Shown one piece after another: positions 1 through 10,902 of a stretch of DNA of 64,000 nt; the first letter of the stretch is position 1; each line of letters starts with the position of its first letter. The position numbers and the translations under genes are program-made. This DNA is from Dongia mobilis (GTDB lineage Bacteria; Pseudomonadota; Alphaproteobacteria; Dongiales; Dongiaceae): contig CAMDRA010000001.1 in the NCBI GenBank assembly GCA_945906275.1, forward strand, positions 8,504-72,503. The letters are read 5' to 3'. A model generated the notes under the pieces. That model had not been told where the DNA came from. It worked only from the letters and a program-made list of their open reading frames with translations, and ran no database searches.

Positions 1-135
1 GCGCAGGCCTTCGAAAGCCTGCGGACTGGTCACTTCATGCACGAGATGGCGATCCACATAGATGAGGCAGGTGCCGTCATCCTGGCGATGCACCAGATGG
101 TTTTCCCAGATCTTGTCGAACAGCGTCTTCGCCAT
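1..135 (-). CDS. leuC: 3-isopropylmalate dehydratase large subunit, 5' end only (gene runs off the left edge)
   Basis: Not in the ORF track because it is open-ended. Hand translation of the minus strand from ATG at 135..133 gives [45 protein letters not shown]. This is the conserved LeuC/aconitase-family N-terminus ([14 protein letters not shown]). Confidence 0.8.
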   Translation of the reverse strand, partial: MAKTLFDKIWENHLVHRQDDGTCLIYVDRHLVHEVTSPQAFEGLR

Positions 136-300
136 TTTACGTCCTTGGGGCCCCGCCAGCGTCTAGCCTGCGTCAGGGCCGGTATTGCCGAAATCCTTCA
201 CTCATCCTGCGGTCATCCCGCTTGGGACGACCGCAGTGAGAAAGGACGAGGTAGATACTTGGTCCCAGCTGCCGGCAATTTCCACCGGCAGGTGGTGCGA

Positions 301-696
301 TTACTCGCCGGCCTTGTCCGTGGCCTTCTCGGCCTGGACCTGCGCGCGCTCGGTGATGCGCGCGGCCTTGCCGCGGAGGCCGCGGAGGTAATAGAGCTTC
401 GCGCGGCGCACTTCACCGTGACGCACGACCTCGATGCTCACCAGACGCGGCGAGAACAGCGGGAAGACGCGCTCGACGCCTTCGCCATAGGAAATCTTGC
501 GCAGCGTGAAGGAGGAGTTCACGCCGGCATTCTTGCGGCCGATGCAAACGCCCTCGAAAGCCTGAACGCGCTCGCGCTCACCTTCGACAACCTTCACGTT
601 CACCTTTACCGAATCGCCCGGCCGGAAATCCGGCACTTTGCTGGCGTTCTGCAGCTTGGTCAGCTGCGAGGCTTCGAAGTCATGCAACATGGTCAT
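301..696 (-). CDS. rplS: 50S ribosomal protein L19
   Basis: ORF 301..738. Product contains [49 protein letters not shown], typical of L19. Start trimmed to ATG at 696 (MTMLHDFE), which has GAAAGGA about 8 nt upstream. Confidence 0.9.
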   Translation of the reverse strand: MTMLHDFEASQLTKLQNASKVPDFRPGDSVKVNVKVVEGERERVQAFEGVCIGRKNAGVNSSFTLRKISYGEGVERVFPLFSPRLVSIEVVRHGEVRRAKLYYLRGLRGKAARITERAQVQAEKATDKAGE

Positions 697-750
697 GGTC
701 TTGGTCCTTTCTTCTTTCAACTGTCGACCGGCTTGCACCTGTCGTTTTCT

Positions 751-1482
751 TCAACGGTCCCCTTGGGTCCCGCGTTTCCGGTAAGCGTCCCACAAATCGG
801 GCCGCCGTAATCTTGTCGCCTCCTCGGCCTGCACTTGACGCCAGGCCTTGATCTTCTCGTGATGCCCGGACATCAGGATCTCGGGCACCGGTCGCTCATT
901 CCATACCGCCGGCCTGGTGTAGTGCGGATACTCCAGCAGGCCGTTCTCGAAACTCTCTTCGTCCAGCGTCGCCTCGGCACCCATCACACCCGGCAGCAGC
1001 CGGACACAGGCATCGATCAAGGCCAGGGCAGCTGGTTCGCCACCCGAGAGCACAAAATCGCCGAGGCTCACCTCGATCAATCCGCGCGCCTCGATCACCC
1101 GTTCGTCCAACCCTTCGTAGCGGCCACAGAGCACAACCACGCCCGGTCCCGCCGCCAGTTCTTCCACCAACCCCTGCCCGAGCAATTGCCCGCGCGGTGT
1201 CAGATAGATCGCCGGCTTGAGCCCATCCGCCGTCGCCGCGGCCAAGGCCGCATCGACCACATCGGGCCGCATCACCATCCCGGCGCCCCCGCCGAAGGGG
1301 GTATCGTCGACGGTCCGATGCTTGTCGCGCGCAAAGTCGCGGATCTGCATCGTCTCCAATCGCCAGATACCCTTCTCCAACGCCTTGCCGGCAAGACTCT
1401 GACCGAGCGGGCCCGGAAACATTTCCGGGAACAGGGTCAGAATGCGCGCCGTCCAAGATTTGGAAGCGTCGGTCACCACCAC
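751..1482 (-). CDS. trmD: tRNA (guanine37-N1)-methyltransferase
   Basis: ORF product has [50 protein letters not shown], the TrmD signature. It sits in the canonical rpsP-rimM-trmD-rplS order. Confidence 0.92.
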   Translation of the reverse strand: MVVTDASKSWTARILTLFPEMFPGPLGQSLAGKALEKGIWRLETMQIRDFARDKHRTVDDTPFGGGAGMVMRPDVVDAALAAATADGLKPAIYLTPRGQLLGQGLVEELAAGPGVVVLCGRYEGLDERVIEARGLIEVSLGDFVLSGGEPAALALIDACVRLLPGVMGAEATLDEESFENGLLEYPHYTRPAVWNERPVPEILMSGHHEKIKAWRQVQAEEATRLRRPDLWDAYRKRGTQGDR

Positions 1483-1487
1483 ATCCG

Positions 1488-2075
1488 TCAGTTCAACGCA
1501 GCATTGGCATCGTCGCCTTCGGGCTCGCCTTCGGGACGGTCAAAGAAACCGTCCGGCAGATCGAGACCGACGCGGCGTGCCGCCACGTCAACCACCGGTA
1601 CCAAAGCGCGGGTGAAGGCGACATCGAAGGCGCCCTTCGGGCCATCCTCAATGCTCAGCACATCGCCAGCGCCGTAATTATCGACCGACACGATGCGACC
1701 AATAGCCGTTTCGTGCTGGTCGACGACATCAAGACCGATCAGGTCCGCGAGGTAGAATTCCTCGTCGCCGGCAATCTGTGGCAGGCGATCGCGCGCCACA
1801 TAAAGCTCGACGCCCTTGAGCGCCTCGGCTGCGTTGCGATCGCCGATTCCAGCGATGCGGGCGATGAGGACGTCTTTCCCGCCAGGACCCTTGGTCGGGC
1901 TGGCCTTGCCGACCAGGGTGAGATCGAACGTCCGGCTCCCCTTGGCATCCGACAAGGCGCCATAGGTCGCGATGGCAGCAGGCATGCCGGCGAAGGATTT
2001 CACCTTCACCTCGCCCTTGATGCCATGCGCACCGATGATCGCACCCATCAGAACCATTGCCGGCTTCTCACCCAC
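1488..2075 (-). CDS. rimM: 16S rRNA processing protein RimM
   Basis: Product contains [18 protein letters not shown]...[10 protein letters not shown], which is RimM-like. It lies between rpsP and trmD. Confidence 0.88.
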   Translation of the reverse strand: MGEKPAMVLMGAIIGAHGIKGEVKVKSFAGMPAAIATYGALSDAKGSRTFDLTLVGKASPTKGPGGKDVLIARIAGIGDRNAAEALKGVELYVARDRLPQIAGDEEFYLADLIGLDVVDQHETAIGRIVSVDNYGAGDVLSIEDGPKGAFDVAFTRALVPVVDVAARRVGLDLPDGFFDRPEGEPEGDDANAALN

Positions 2076-2091
2076 TTAAGGCCTGCTCAGC

Positions 2092-2463
2092 TCAGGCTTC
2101 GGCGGCCGGGGCTTCAGCAGCCTTGGCGGCAGCTTCGGCATTCGTCTTGGCGCGCTCGACGGCCTTCGCCTTCGGCTTGTCCTGCTTGGTCTGGTCATGG
2201 CGCTTCGGCGCATCCATGAGACCCAGCTTCGCGAAGAAATGCTGCACGCGCTCGGTCGGCAGGGCACCCTTCGAGAGCCAATGCTTGGCGCGCTCGATTT
2301 CGATCAGCACGCGGTTCGGGTCTTCCTTGGTCAGCATCGGGTTGTACGAGCCGATACGTTCCACGAAGCGGCCATCGCGGGCGAAGCGGCTCTCGGCCAC
2401 GACGATGCGATAGAACGGACGCTTCTTGGCGCCACCACGGGCGAGACGGATTTTCAAAGACAT
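2092..2463 (-). CDS. rpsP: 30S ribosomal protein S16
   Basis: [42 protein letters not shown] is a textbook S16 N-terminus. The Ala/Lys-rich C-terminal tail is common in alphaproteobacteria. Confidence 0.93.
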   Translation of the reverse strand: MSLKIRLARGGAKKRPFYRIVVAESRFARDGRFVERIGSYNPMLTKEDPNRVLIEIERAKHWLSKGALPTERVQHFFAKLGLMDAPKRHDQTKQDKPKAKAVERAKTNAEAAAKAAEAPAAEA

Positions 2464-2505
2464 GAGGGTAGTTCTCCTTTCAGATTCAAACTGCGTATTC
2501 GATCG

Positions 2506-2910
2506 TTATTCCGGAAAATGGCAGCACGCTTCGATCTTGTTCCCGTCGGGATCAAAGGCGAAGGCGCCGTAGTAATTCGGGTGGTAGTGGGCGCGGATGC
2601 CGGGCGCGCCATTGTCCTTGGCGCCGCCGCGAATGGCCGCGAGATAGAAGGCATCGACCTCGAGGCGCGACTTGGCCTGGAAGGCGAAATGATTGCCGCC
2701 GGCACGGTTGGCCGCAGCGTCGATCCTGTCCGGGACAGCGATCCAGAAGCGCGCCTGCGAACCGGCCTCACCATAGCCATGGGCCACCATGCCCTGACCC
2801 GGGATCTCGACGTCATGGACGCGCACATAGGAAAGCGCCAGGAACACGACGTCGTAGAAATCGCGCGCCTTCTTGAGGTCGGAAACACCGATGGAGACGT
2901 GATCGATCAT
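2506..2910 (-). CDS. VOC (glyoxalase/bleomycin-resistance/dioxygenase) family protein
   Basis: MIDHVSIGVSDLKKARDFYD...HFAFQA..AFAFDPDGNKIE pattern of the VOC fold. ATGA start/stop overlap with the ffh stop at 2907..2910. Confidence 0.75.
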   Translation of the reverse strand: MIDHVSIGVSDLKKARDFYDVVFLALSYVRVHDVEIPGQGMVAHGYGEAGSQARFWIAVPDRIDAAANRAGGNHFAFQAKSRLEVDAFYLAAIRGGAKDNGAPGIRAHYHPNYYGAFAFDPDGNKIEACCHFPE

Positions 2911-4310
2911 CGCATTCCCCCAAAGCCACCGCCGCCGCCACCAAGTCCACCGGCGCCACCCTTCATCAGGGCGGCCATGCCGTGGCGCATCAGACCCTTC
3001 TGGCCCATCTTCGAGACCTGCTTCATCATGCGCGACATTTCCTGATGCTGCTTCAGAAGCTTGTTCACGTCCTGCACCTGGACGCCGGCGCCCTTGGCGA
3101 TGCGGGTCTTGCGCGAGGCCTTGATGATGTCGGGGACGCGGCGTTCCTTGGGCGTCATCGCGAAGATGATGGCGAGCGAGCGCTTGACCACCTTGTCGTC
3201 GACCTTGCCTTCGAGCTGCTTCTGCATCTTGCCGATGCCGGGCAGCATGCCCATGATGCCACCCAGGCCGCCCATCTTCTGCAGCTGCTTCATCTGCTGG
3301 GCGAGATCATTGAGATCGAACTGGCCCTTCTGCATCTTGAGGGCGAGTTTTTCGGCTTCGGCCTGTTCCGTGGCCTCCATCGCCTTTTCGACGAGGGAGA
3401 CGATGTCGCCCATCCCGAGGATGCGGCCGGCGACGCGATCAGCGTGGAAATCTTCGATCTGGTCCAGCTTTTCGCCGGTACCCAGCAGTTTGATGGGCTT
3501 GCCGGTGATGGCGCGCATCGAGATGGCTGCACCACCGCGCGCATCGCCGTCGATGCGGGTCAGCATGATGCCGGTGATGCCGACCTTGTCCTGGAAATGC
3601 TTCGCTGTGTTGACCGCGTCCTGGCCGGTCATCGCATCAGCGACCAGCAGGCTTTCATGGGGCTTCACGGCGTCGCGGATGGCGACGATTTCGGCCATCA
3701 ATTCTTCGTCGATCGCGAGTCGCCCCGCGGTATCGAGCATGACGATGTCATAGCCCTCGAGGCGGCCGGTGTTCATGGCGCGCTTGGCAATCGCCACCGG
3801 CGGCTCACCCGGCACGATGGGCAGCGTCTTGACGCCGGTCTGTTCGCCGAGGATGGCAAGCTGCTGTTGGGCTGCCGGACGGCGCGTGTCCAGCGAGGCC
3901 ATCAGCACCTTCTTGCCCTGTTTCTCGGCAAAGCGGCGTGCGATCTTGGCGGTCGAGGTGGTCTTGCCGGAACCCTGCAGGCCCAGCATCAGGATCGGCA
4001 CCGGCGACGGATGGTTGAGGTCGAGGCCAGCACCTTCGCCTTCCGCCGGCTTCAGCACGTTCACCAGCTCGTCATGGACGATCTTGATGACCATCTGGCC
4101 GGGGCTGACGGATTTGACGACCTTCTCGCCCACGGCTTCGACGCGGACCCGGGTGATGAAATCCTTCACCACCGGCAGAGCGACGTCGGCCTCGAGCAGG
4201 GCCACGCGCACTTCGCGCAGCGCCTCGTCGACGTCAGCCTCGGACAACTGACCGCGCTTGGTCAGTTTCTCGAGTACCCCGCCTAACCGTTCACTCAGCT
4301 TCTCGAACAT
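2907..4310 (-). CDS. ffh: signal recognition particle protein Ffh
   Basis: ORF 2907..4370. Contains MFEKLSERLGGVLEKL.., GLQGSGKTTSTAKIA, DTAGRL and a Met-rich M domain. Start trimmed to ATG at 4310 (MFEKLS). Confidence 0.93.
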   Translation of the reverse strand: MFEKLSERLGGVLEKLTKRGQLSEADVDEALREVRVALLEADVALPVVKDFITRVRVEAVGEKVVKSVSPGQMVIKIVHDELVNVLKPAEGEGAGLDLNHPSPVPILMLGLQGSGKTTSTAKIARRFAEKQGKKVLMASLDTRRPAAQQQLAILGEQTGVKTLPIVPGEPPVAIAKRAMNTGRLEGYDIVMLDTAGRLAIDEELMAEIVAIRDAVKPHESLLVADAMTGQDAVNTAKHFQDKVGITGIMLTRIDGDARGGAAISMRAITGKPIKLLGTGEKLDQIEDFHADRVAGRILGMGDIVSLVEKAMEATEQAEAEKLALKMQKGQFDLNDLAQQMKQLQKMGGLGGIMGMLPGIGKMQKQLEGKVDDKVVKRSLAIIFAMTPKERRVPDIIKASRKTRIAKGAGVQVQDVNKLLKQHQEMSRMMKQVSKMGQKGLMRHGMAALMKGGAGGLGGGGGGFGGMR

Positions 4311-4616
4311 GCACGTTCCGTCAAATTTCCCAATCCGGTCAATGCCTTGAATGTCGGGTCGATGACCCAAAACGCATTCACGCCCGTGTGCGACACTCGC
4401 AGACGGGCGGGGCCCCTCGGGGCCAAAGGCTCTGCCAAACTCGGTAAAGCGGCCGGAAACTAGGCGTTTTGGGGGGGAGAGTCAACGTTTCCAGCGTCGA
4501 GGCTTGTTCGGCGATAGGAGTATTTTCCGAGACATCGTCCCTTGGCATGTTGCTGACATTTTTTGACATACCGCCGCGCTAGAAGGTGCCGGCGACGGCA
4601 ATATGGAGGGCTTCTG

Positions 4617-5480
4617 ATGATCGGGTATTTCACGCGCACGGGTTTGGCCCTTTTGCTGCTGTCATTGTATTTGAGCGCAGATGCACAAGCAGGCGAGGTC
4701 AGGATGATTGCGGGGCAGGTAAGCGAATTGTTTGTCGACGATGGTGGTCCGAAAAGTGGCGGGTCCGGCCTGCCGGTGGTTTTCATCAACTCCGCCTCAG
4801 GTGCTGGCACGCAATGGGCGGCTCAGCTGGAATATCTGCGTCAATCGCGCCGGGCCATTGCCATTGACCTGCGCGGCCACGGCCGATCATCCATGCCGAC
4901 AAATGGCGACTTTGCCATCGCCAGCATGGCCGATGATATCCGCGCCGTCGCCGATCAGTTGAGACTCGACCGGTTTGTCCTGGTCGGGCACAGCATGGGT
5001 GGCTTCGTCGCCATTGCTTATGCGGGTGGGCATCCGGACCGGGTCGCCGGCCTATTCCTGCTCGATCCCGCCTCCGATGGTCGCATGATGCCGGCAGAAC
5101 AGGCGGCCGGCTTGATGGCCGCTTTGCGCTCTGAAGCCTATCAACCGACGATCGAGGGATATTGGGACTCGATCATCGGCTCTCCGCGCAAGGAGGTGCG
5201 CGATCAGCTGATGGCGGATCTGCGTCATACGCCGCGCGAGACGGTGACGGGCACACTCGAAGAACTTCTGAGCTTCGATCCCGTGACACCGCTGCGCCGC
5301 TATGCTGGACCGAAGTGCACACTCATCACGCTGTTCAATGAAACGCCGGCGTCGCTGCAAAACCTCGTTCCCGACCTTCCCAGCGAGAAGATCGACAGCA
5401 CCGGTCACTGGCCGCAGATGGAAATGCCCGATGCGGTCAATGAAAGACTGGGCAGCTTTTTGGCGACACTCGCGATTTGA
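4617..5480 (+). CDS. alpha/beta hydrolase, secreted (signal peptide)
   Basis: ORF 4563..5480. ATG at 4617 is preceded by GGAGGG. N-terminus MIGYFTRTGLALLLLSLYLSADAQA looks like a signal peptide. Nucleophile elbow GHSMGG is present. Confidence 0.75.
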   Translation: MIGYFTRTGLALLLLSLYLSADAQAGEVRMIAGQVSELFVDDGGPKSGGSGLPVVFINSASGAGTQWAAQLEYLRQSRRAIAIDLRGHGRSSMPTNGDFAIASMADDIRAVADQLRLDRFVLVGHSMGGFVAIAYAGGHPDRVAGLFLLDPASDGRMMPAEQAAGLMAALRSEAYQPTIEGYWDSIIGSPRKEVRDQLMADLRHTPRETVTGTLEELLSFDPVTPLRRYAGPKCTLITLFNETPASLQNLVPDLPSEKIDSTGHWPQMEMPDAVNERLGSFLATLAI

Positions 5481-5500
5481 GCCGTTGTCCCTCGACTCCT

Positions 5501-7288
5501 TTACTGATCGCCAATCAGTGTAATCAGCGCCGATTGAAATTGCGTGCTCTGCCGCTCCGCAGTTTCGCATCGCGCATCAATGGTGCGCGTCGAGCAGTCC
5601 GTCATTTCACCGGACTGCCGGTCGATCAGGATCAAGCGTTCGGGCAAGGGACGCATGGCCGAGCCTTCCCGGTGCTGGCAGCGATTTTGCTCACAGTATT
5701 TTCCGTTCGTCAGCAAATCGGTCACGATACCTGGAAGGTGATAGAGCGGGACAGGGCCACGGAGCGGCACGACACCGCGTGCACCGTCGATGATCAGAAG
5801 GGGTACGTCCTGCCGGTGCAATGGGCCACCTGGGTATTCAATGGGTGATTGGGAATCGCGCAGCACCGGGCGATGGTCGCCGAAGGCAACAATCAGGGCG
5901 TCTGGATCCCGGGCACGAACAGCATCGACATATCGGTCAAGTGCCAAGGCGGAATAGTAGACGCTATTGATATAGGCCTGGACGTCTGAAGAGGATGCGT
6001 TCGACGTGACCACGTATGGGCGCCGGCGGGTATCGAGTGGATATGGGAAGTGCCCGAATGCACCAAAGACATAGTTGAAGTATGGTCGCTCAGCATAGGC
6101 GAGATCGCCGATATGGCGCAGATTATCGGAGAGAGTCGCGGTTGCGGATGGCATTTGCGATCCGTCGATATCATCGGTCTTGAGTGAATCTGCAAAATAG
6201 AGATCCGTGAAACCGAGCTTGGGATACACCTTGCCGTAATTATAGACATGTGGATCCGTGATCGTATGCGCTTCGGTCAACCAGCCAAGGCGCGCCAGTT
6301 TGCGCGGCAGGCAATCCAGCTCGCTTGGGTGGACTTGGGGGAAGACGACTGGCGCGCCTTCCATCGTCACCGGCAGCCCGCATAGGGCTTCGAATTCCGC
6401 ATCAGCCGATCGGTTGCCGAACACCGGCGACATGGCCGTCAGCGCACCTTTGTCGCGCCATTCCCGCATCAAACCGCCGAAGGGGTCGACATTGTAGGCC
6501 GACCCTTCAATCGCCGTCGGATCCATGAAGCTTTCCAGCACGATGAAATAGACGTTGCGTCGTTCGGCGTCTTTGAGCGACGTGCCCATGAACCCGAAGT
6601 CGGGGTCGGCGGCCGAACGCAGTCGCGCAGAGATCGCACGTCTGTCGGCATAGACGTAGGCGCTGCGCATGAAGCTTCCCCAGTTCCCATCCAGGACCTG
6701 AAGCGGCAACGAAACGTTGCCAGGCTTCAGCGGTGTCGGGCTGGGTAGCGCCTGCGCGTAGCTCCAGGGCAAGAACAGTTTGGCCGCAATGAGCAGCCAG
6801 AAGGCGGTGGCAGGCGCCCACAGAACAAATCCGACCGCCGATGGGCGCTGCCAGTTCCAACAGAAGAGCAGGCTGCCAAGCGCTATGAGGATCAGACCGC
6901 AGCCGGCCCCGATCCAGCCGTAGAATCCGTAGTGACGCACGAGATCGCCAAGACTGAACAAATCGGCGAAGGTCGCTTGGGCGGTCAAATACTGGTACTT
7001 GGCCATTGCGATCGCTGGCACCGCGAGCAGCGCTATGCCAAGCAGCGGGGCCGCCCCCCATATCTTCCTTTGCACCTGCAGCAGGCAGAGAGAAAAATAG
7101 GCGGTAAAGCCGAACTCCAGAAGGGCGGCGCCGACCCAACGGAACTGGCTGCAACATTGAGCTGCCCAAAATCCGGCGATGGTGCCCTGAACCACGCCTA
7201 GCCCGGCACTGATGCTGAGATCCCACCCGCGCCTGATATCAGCCGCAAGCGCCCCGGGCGCACGCGAACGAGAGACCTCTGCACCCAA
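5501..7288 (-). CDS. LTA-synthase-like membrane sulfatase-family hydrolase/transferase
   Basis: N-terminal multi-TM region, then YFIVLESFMDP...GNRSADAEFEALCGLP...AFGDHRP, the alkaline-phosphatase-superfamily motifs of LTA synthase/phosphoglycerol-transferase-type proteins. The codon at 7288 is TTG, so the exact start is uncertain. Confidence 0.7.
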   Translation of the reverse strand: MGAEVSRSRAPGALAADIRRGWDLSISAGLGVVQGTIAGFWAAQCCSQFRWVGAALLEFGFTAYFSLCLLQVQRKIWGAAPLLGIALLAVPAIAMAKYQYLTAQATFADLFSLGDLVRHYGFYGWIGAGCGLILIALGSLLFCWNWQRPSAVGFVLWAPATAFWLLIAAKLFLPWSYAQALPSPTPLKPGNVSLPLQVLDGNWGSFMRSAYVYADRRAISARLRSAADPDFGFMGTSLKDAERRNVYFIVLESFMDPTAIEGSAYNVDPFGGLMREWRDKGALTAMSPVFGNRSADAEFEALCGLPVTMEGAPVVFPQVHPSELDCLPRKLARLGWLTEAHTITDPHVYNYGKVYPKLGFTDLYFADSLKTDDIDGSQMPSATATLSDNLRHIGDLAYAERPYFNYVFGAFGHFPYPLDTRRRPYVVTSNASSSDVQAYINSVYYSALALDRYVDAVRARDPDALIVAFGDHRPVLRDSQSPIEYPGGPLHRQDVPLLIIDGARGVVPLRGPVPLYHLPGIVTDLLTNGKYCEQNRCQHREGSAMRPLPERLILIDRQSGEMTDCSTRTIDARCETAERQSTQFQSALITLIGDQ

Positions 7289-7317
7289 AATGCGACTTGC
7301 CCCGGCTTTTCAGCCCG

Positions 7318-7412
7318 TGATAGTAACAATAGGACAGAAATCTATCTTTAATTCCTATACTAATAATAGGATAATATTATAATTTATTTGTAATTTTAAA
7401 TTGTGTTGCTGA
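7318..7412. other. extreme AT-rich block (~20% GC by hand count) upstream of the sulfatase-family gene
   Basis: Line 7321..7380 has 13/60 G+C, and 7381..7410 has 5/30. It contains short palindromes (CCTAT-N7-ATAGG, AATATT). It lies between the start of the 5501..7288 gene and the stop of the ABC ATPase gene. Confidence 0.8.
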
Positions 7413-7495
7413 TCGGCCATAAGACGATTGAATGTGCGAGTTCTGCAAAGCTGTTCTTGGCCGGCTGATCTCTTTCGGGGCCGGGTGCGATCGCG

Positions 7496-8245
7496 TCAGG
7501 CCGCCGCTGCCCCTGGCTGCTTCCCCAGAATGATCATCCCCAGCACATCGTCCTTGGTGACGTCCTCGGTCCGCACGGTGCCGACCAGCTTGCCGTTCTT
7601 CATCACCGACAGGCGATCGGAGAGATCGAACACGTCGTGTAGATCGTGGCTGATGAGGAAGATGCCGATGCCCTCCCTTTTGAGCTGCTGGATGAGTTCG
7701 GCCACCATCTTGGTTTCCTGGACGCCCAGGGCCGCGGTCGGTTCGTCCATGATGAGGATGCGGGCGTCGAAATGGACGGCGCGGGCAATCGCCACCGATT
7801 GGCGCTGGCCGCCCGACAGGGCCGAGACCGGTGCGTGGTATTTCTTGAAATTGGGATTTAGCCTGCCGATGACTTTCCTGGCGGCGGCTTCCATCGCCGG
7901 TTCGTCCAGAAGACCCGCGCTCGTGATCTCGCGCCCCAGGAAGAGATTGGCGCAGGCGTCGAGATTGTCGGCCAAGGCGAGGTTCTGATAGATCGTCTCG
8001 ATCCGGTGATCGCGCGCGTCGCGCGAGGATTTGATATCGGCCACCTTGCCGTCGATCAGGATCTCGCCCTTGTCGGCCTGATAGGCGCCGGAGAGAATCT
8101 TGATCAGCGTCGATTTGCCGGCACCGTTATGGCCGAGCAACCCCACGACTTCGCCGGGGTAGAGATCGATCGAGACATCGTCGACGGCGCGGACACCGCC
8201 GAAGCTGATCGAGATGTTGCGCATTTCAACAAGGGGTGTCGCCAT
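7496..8245 (-). CDS. xylG: sugar ABC transporter ATP-binding protein (single ABC domain, xylose-type operon)
   Basis: Walker [10 protein letters not shown], signature LSGGQRQ, Walker [12 protein letters not shown] at 8245 (MATPLVEM) has GGGGGAGAG upstream. Unlike E. coli XylG it has one ABC domain rather than two, so the symbol is tentative. Confidence 0.8.
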   Translation of the reverse strand: MATPLVEMRNISISFGGVRAVDDVSIDLYPGEVVGLLGHNGAGKSTLIKILSGAYQADKGEILIDGKVADIKSSRDARDHRIETIYQNLALADNLDACANLFLGREITSAGLLDEPAMEAAARKVIGRLNPNFKKYHAPVSALSGGQRQSVAIARAVHFDARILIMDEPTAALGVQETKMVAELIQQLKREGIGIFLISHDLHDVFDLSDRLSVMKNGKLVGTVRTEDVTKDDVLGMIILGKQPGAAAA

Positions 8246-8259
8246 CTTCTCTCTCCCCC

Positions 8260-9525
8260 TCAACCCGGCCGGCGCTGCTGATAGAGCCGGTCGATATAGA
8301 CCGCCAGCACCAGCACCAACCCGGTGAAGATGTTCTGCAGGCTGGCGTCATAGCCCAGCAAGGACATGCCGCTTTGCAGGGATTGGATGACAACCGCGCC
8401 GAGGATGGCGCCCGATATGGTACCCGCACCACCGGCCAGGGTGCAGCCGCCGATCACCGCGGCGGCGATGACGCGCAGCTCATCCAACTGCCCGATCGAA
8501 TTGCCGGCCGATTGCAGGCGCGCAGACGCCACGATCGCGGAGATGCCGACTAGGGCACCCATGAGGATGAACACCCAGACCGTCATCCGCTTCACATTGA
8601 TGCCGGCGCGCTCGGCGGCTTCGAGATTGCCGCCCATGGCGAAAACATAGCGGCCAAAACGCGTCTTGTTCAGGAGCAGCGAGACGCTGATCGCGAGCGC
8701 CACCAGGATGAGCACGGGAATGGGAATGCCCATGAAGATATGGATGCCGCCTTCGGGAATGTCCCAGCCCTTGATCTCTGCCAGTTTCTGCGCAGCCACC
8801 GCCGGCATTTCATAGGCGTTCATGACGGCGGCAAAACCCAGGGGCAGCGCGCATTGCGCGGCCACGACGGCGATTTCCGCCCAGGCCGGCCTGACCGGAA
8901 AGCCGAAGGAGATGTGCCGGCGGCGGCGGCGATGGGCGGCGAAGGCGATGACGATCGCCGCAAGGATGGCGCAGATCCAGCTTGCCGTTTCGCCGATCGT
9001 GCCATAGACCCCGCCGCCCAGCAGCGTGAAATTTTCGTCGAGCGGCGCCACGGTCTGGCCCTGCGTCACCCACCAGGCGCAACCGCGCCAGATGAGCAGG
9101 CCACCCAGGGTGACGACGAAGGAGGGCACGCCGAGATAGCCGATCATCAGGCCGTTGAGACCACCCAGAGCTGCACCAATGGTAATGCCACACACCACGG
9201 CGATAACCATGATCATCGGATGACCGCCGCCGAGGATCTGCGGCAGCCAGAAGGTCTGCACCACGCCGACGATCATGGCGGTGACGCCCAGCATCGACCC
9301 CACGGAAAGATCAATCTGGCGAATGATGATGATCAGCACCATGCCGATCGCCATGATGGCGACCGAAGCTGTCTGCAGCGACAGATTGTAGAGGTTGCGC
9401 GGCGTGATGAAGCGGCCGTCGGAGAGGAGATGAAAGCCGATCCAGATTCCCACGAGACACAGGATCATGCCGAGCAGGCGCTCGTCGATTTCCAGCCGTG
9501 CGAATATGCCCCTGACAGTGCTCAT
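8260..9525 (-). CDS. xylH: xylose-type sugar ABC transporter permease
   Basis: Aligns by eye with E. coli XylH ([56 protein letters not shown]). The ORF-track start at 9558 is TTG. The first ATG is at 9525; neither has a good SD, so the start is uncertain. Confidence 0.85.
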   Translation of the reverse strand: MSTVRGIFARLEIDERLLGMILCLVGIWIGFHLLSDGRFITPRNLYNLSLQTASVAIMAIGMVLIIIIRQIDLSVGSMLGVTAMIVGVVQTFWLPQILGGGHPMIMVIAVVCGITIGAALGGLNGLMIGYLGVPSFVVTLGGLLIWRGCAWWVTQGQTVAPLDENFTLLGGGVYGTIGETASWICAILAAIVIAFAAHRRRRRHISFGFPVRPAWAEIAVVAAQCALPLGFAAVMNAYEMPAVAAQKLAEIKGWDIPEGGIHIFMGIPIPVLILVALAISVSLLLNKTRFGRYVFAMGGNLEAAERAGINVKRMTVWVFILMGALVGISAIVASARLQSAGNSIGQLDELRVIAAAVIGGCTLAGGAGTISGAILGAVVIQSLQSGMSLLGYDASLQNIFTGLVLVLAVYIDRLYQQRRPG

Positions 9526-9614
9526 GGCCAACGCTTCTTCGGATTCGGATGTGGTCAAAAAAGAGTACCGTGGTTGCCGCTTTTGGCAACCACGGTCTCG
9601 GATCGCCTGGTGGC

Positions 9615-10688
9615 TTACTTGCAGGCCACGACTTTGGCGGCGTCGGCGCCCTGGCAGGCTTCGTCCTTCGAGATCCAGCCGGCAGTGATCACCACATCAA
9701 GATTGTCCCTGGTGATGGCGACCGGCTTCAGGAAGGTGGCGTTCATCTCGACGCCCTTGGGGCTCTGCCACTTGATGGTGCCCGGCACGTCGGCGAGCTT
9801 GGCGCCCTTGGCAAGATCGAGGGCGATGGTGGCCGCGGCCTTGCCGAGTTCGCGCGAGTCCTTCCAGACGGAGACCGTCTGGGTTCCGAGTGCGATGCGG
9901 TTTAAGGCCGCCTTGTCGCCATCCTGGCCGGAAACCGGGATGCCGGCGAGACCCTGTGCGGTCAGCGCCGCGACGGCGCCGCCGGCGGTGCCGTCATTGG
10001 ACGCCACGACCGCATCGACCTTGTTGTCGGCCGCGGTCAGGATCTGCTCCATGTTGCGCTGGGCCACGGCTGGATCCCAGTTTTCGGTATATTGCTCGCC
10101 GACCACCTTGATGTCGCCGGCGTCGATCGCGGCTTTGAGCACCTCGAGCTGGCCTTCATGCATGAAGTCCGCATTGGGATCGGCCTGGTTGCCCTTGATG
10201 AAGACGTAATTGCCCTTGGGCTGTGCCGCGAACACGCCCGCTGCCTGCAGGCGGCCCACTTCCTTGTTGTCGAAGGTGAGGTAGTAGGCGGCCGGATCCT
10301 CAATGAGGCGGTCATAGCCCACCACCGGAATGCCGGCATTGGTGGCGGCCGTGATGGCCGGGCCGATCGAGGCCGAATCCTGCGCCAGCACGATGAGCGC
10401 ATTGGCGCCGCCGGCAATCAGGCTTTCGATGTCGGAGAGCTGCTTCGACGGATTGCTCTGCGCGTCGGCCGAAATGTATTTGGCACCGGCGGCGTCGAGC
10501 ACAGCCTTGATCGCCGCTTCATCGGTCTTCCAGCGTTCTTCCTGGAAGTTCGACCAACTGACGCCGACGACCAGATCCTGCGCCTGTGCCGGCTGCAGGC
10601 CGAGCACCGAGGCGCCGGTCAGCAACCCAGCGCCAAGTGCCGCCATGGCAACACGCCGTCCCAATGGACGGGCCAGAAAATTCTTCAT
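9615..10688 (-). CDS. xylF: D-xylose-type periplasmic sugar-binding protein
   Basis: ORF 9615..10787. ATG at 10688 is preceded by GGGAGGAG. Signal peptide [68 protein letters not shown] parallels E. coli XylF. Confidence 0.85.
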   Translation of the reverse strand: MKNFLARPLGRRVAMAALGAGLLTGASVLGLQPAQAQDLVVGVSWSNFQEERWKTDEAAIKAVLDAAGAKYISADAQSNPSKQLSDIESLIAGGANALIVLAQDSASIGPAITAATNAGIPVVGYDRLIEDPAAYYLTFDNKEVGRLQAAGVFAAQPKGNYVFIKGNQADPNADFMHEGQLEVLKAAIDAGDIKVVGEQYTENWDPAVAQRNMEQILTAADNKVDAVVASNDGTAGGAVAALTAQGLAGIPVSGQDGDKAALNRIALGTQTVSVWKDSRELGKAAATIALDLAKGAKLADVPGTIKWQSPKGVEMNATFLKPVAITRDNLDVVITAGWISKDEACQGADAAKVVACK

Positions 10689-10902
10689 ATCAACTCCTCC
10701 CAGAGTTAAACCTTGTGCGAGGTCCTGTTTGGGCGCGGATGTCGCCGCGCCGTGAATGCCGGGTTTTCCCCGATCTATTATCTTCATCGAACGAAATTAA
10801 TATCGCCTGCCGAACTTCTCTGCGTCAAGGGAATTGTCTATTTCGCACGTGCGAGAGGTTTTTTCGAACGCTTTAGCCTGATGCCAACACGAAATGCCCT
10901 CG

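Noticed and set aside
37-810. 257-aa plus-strand ORF at the left end, and the long N-terminal extensions of many track ORFs (e.g. 2907..4370, 20706..22220, 22760..24055, 30160..31905, 35531..36472).
   Set aside because: 37..810 is antisense to rplS. The extensions run upstream of conserved protein N-termini that have their own ATG/GTG and SD, or they run across tRNA genes, so the starts were trimmed.
4371-4480. Palindrome-rich stretch between ffh and the hydrolase gene (13-bp stem CGCCCGTGTGCGA-CAC-TCGCAGACGGGCG, GGCCCC-TC-GGGGCC, and an outer AAAACGC/GCGTTTT pairing), considered as a 4.5S/SRP RNA or other sRNA because of the adjacent ffh.
   Set aside because: I cannot find the conserved SRP RNA domain IV sequence (GGAAGCAGCC-type motif with a GNAR loop). 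There is no promoter or terminator context either. It is more likely a REP-like or promoter-region structure.
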